The notes beneath the pieces were generated by a model. It had not been told where the DNA came from. It made no database searches and saw only the letters and a list, made by a program, of their open reading frames with translations. 37,214 nucleotides of DNA from the IMG/VR virus record IMGVR_UViG_3300031787_000383, one strand, 5' to 3'. Every line of letters begins with the position of its first letter. The stretch's first letter is position 1. Position numbers and translations under genes: made by a program. The stretch comes from a virus. Below, piece by piece: positions 37,066-37,214 of the stretch.

Positions 37066-37214
37066 TTAGGCTCCTTTGAGTGCGGCTACTTCGGCCTTGA
37101 GTTCGTCAATCATTGCCTGCTGTTCTTGAATGCACTTCATCAGCGCGTATTGCAGGTCGGTCTGATAGATTGATAGGCGCATTTTGGGGTTTTCTTCAGT
37201 TCCCCAATTGCTTT
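37066..37214 (-). CDS. 3' end of the S74 tail-fibre gene; 37088-37214 duplicates 1-127
   Basis: Reading frame is continuous with 1..1517 across the circular junction. Stop TAA at 37066-37068. Confidence 0.85.
   Translation of the reverse strand, partial: SNWGTEENPKMRLSIYQTDLQYALMKCIQEQQAMIDELKAEVAALKGA

Noticed and set aside
1-37214. Lysogeny module (integrase, CI/Cro-type repressor, attP), phage RNA polymerase, tRNAs, methyltransferases, reverse transcriptase/DGR
   Set aside because: I looked through all six-frame translations of 60 aa or more and the hand-translated small ORFs and saw no matching motifs. This absence rests on inspection only and should be confirmed with profile searches.

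Overview
The window is a complete, circularly closed genome of a tailed dsDNA phage. Bases 1-127 recur exactly at 37088-37214, so the unit length is 37,087 bp. The break point lies inside a tail-fibre ORF.

I call about 58 tightly packed genes, many with ATGA/TGATG/TAATG start-stop overlaps, in four transcription blocks:
- (i) A leftward virion and lysis block of about 22.8 kb. It starts at terS (7478), runs through base 1, wraps to 37087 and ends at the endolysin (21783). Gene order: terS, terL, small basic proteins, portal, a Dps-like protein, a tail fibre with an S74-type chaperone domain, scaffold, coat, P22 gp4-like and gp10-like connector proteins, two more fibre/RBP genes, three large ejection-type proteins (one with a poly-Gly-Ala tract), membrane proteins, a holin-like protein and a GH108-type endolysin.
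- (ii) A rightward early operon (8214-10078) that includes a truncated beta-clamp (DnaN) homologue.
- (iii) A leftward replication block (17799-10121): Cas4-like PD-(D/E)XK nuclease, a free-standing HNH endonuclease cassette, family A DNA polymerase and an AEP-primase/SF3-helicase fusion.
- (iv) A rightward block (17842-21913): GNAT-like protein, VRR-NUC, SNF2 helicase, wHTH protein and a DUF3310-like protein.

I recognised no integrase, CI-type repressor, phage RNA polymerase, tRNA or CRISPR array.

Most noteworthy:
- A 735-bp non-coding control hub (7479-8213) with 12-13 copies of the octamer ATGGGTCA in triplets, a duplicated 25-nt promoter-like box, a G-quadruplex motif and a CTGT-N8-ACAG (LexA-type) palindrome.
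- The 196-aa mini beta-clamp, which keeps the sequence segments that line the DnaN clamp-binding pocket.
- A 120-aa Dps-like protein translationally coupled to the portal.
- An in-frame (GCACCW)18 microsatellite.
- Conserved tetraloop hairpins that punctuate both the early operon and the post-coat region.

All family assignments come from reading the translations and from remembered motifs. No database search was run.
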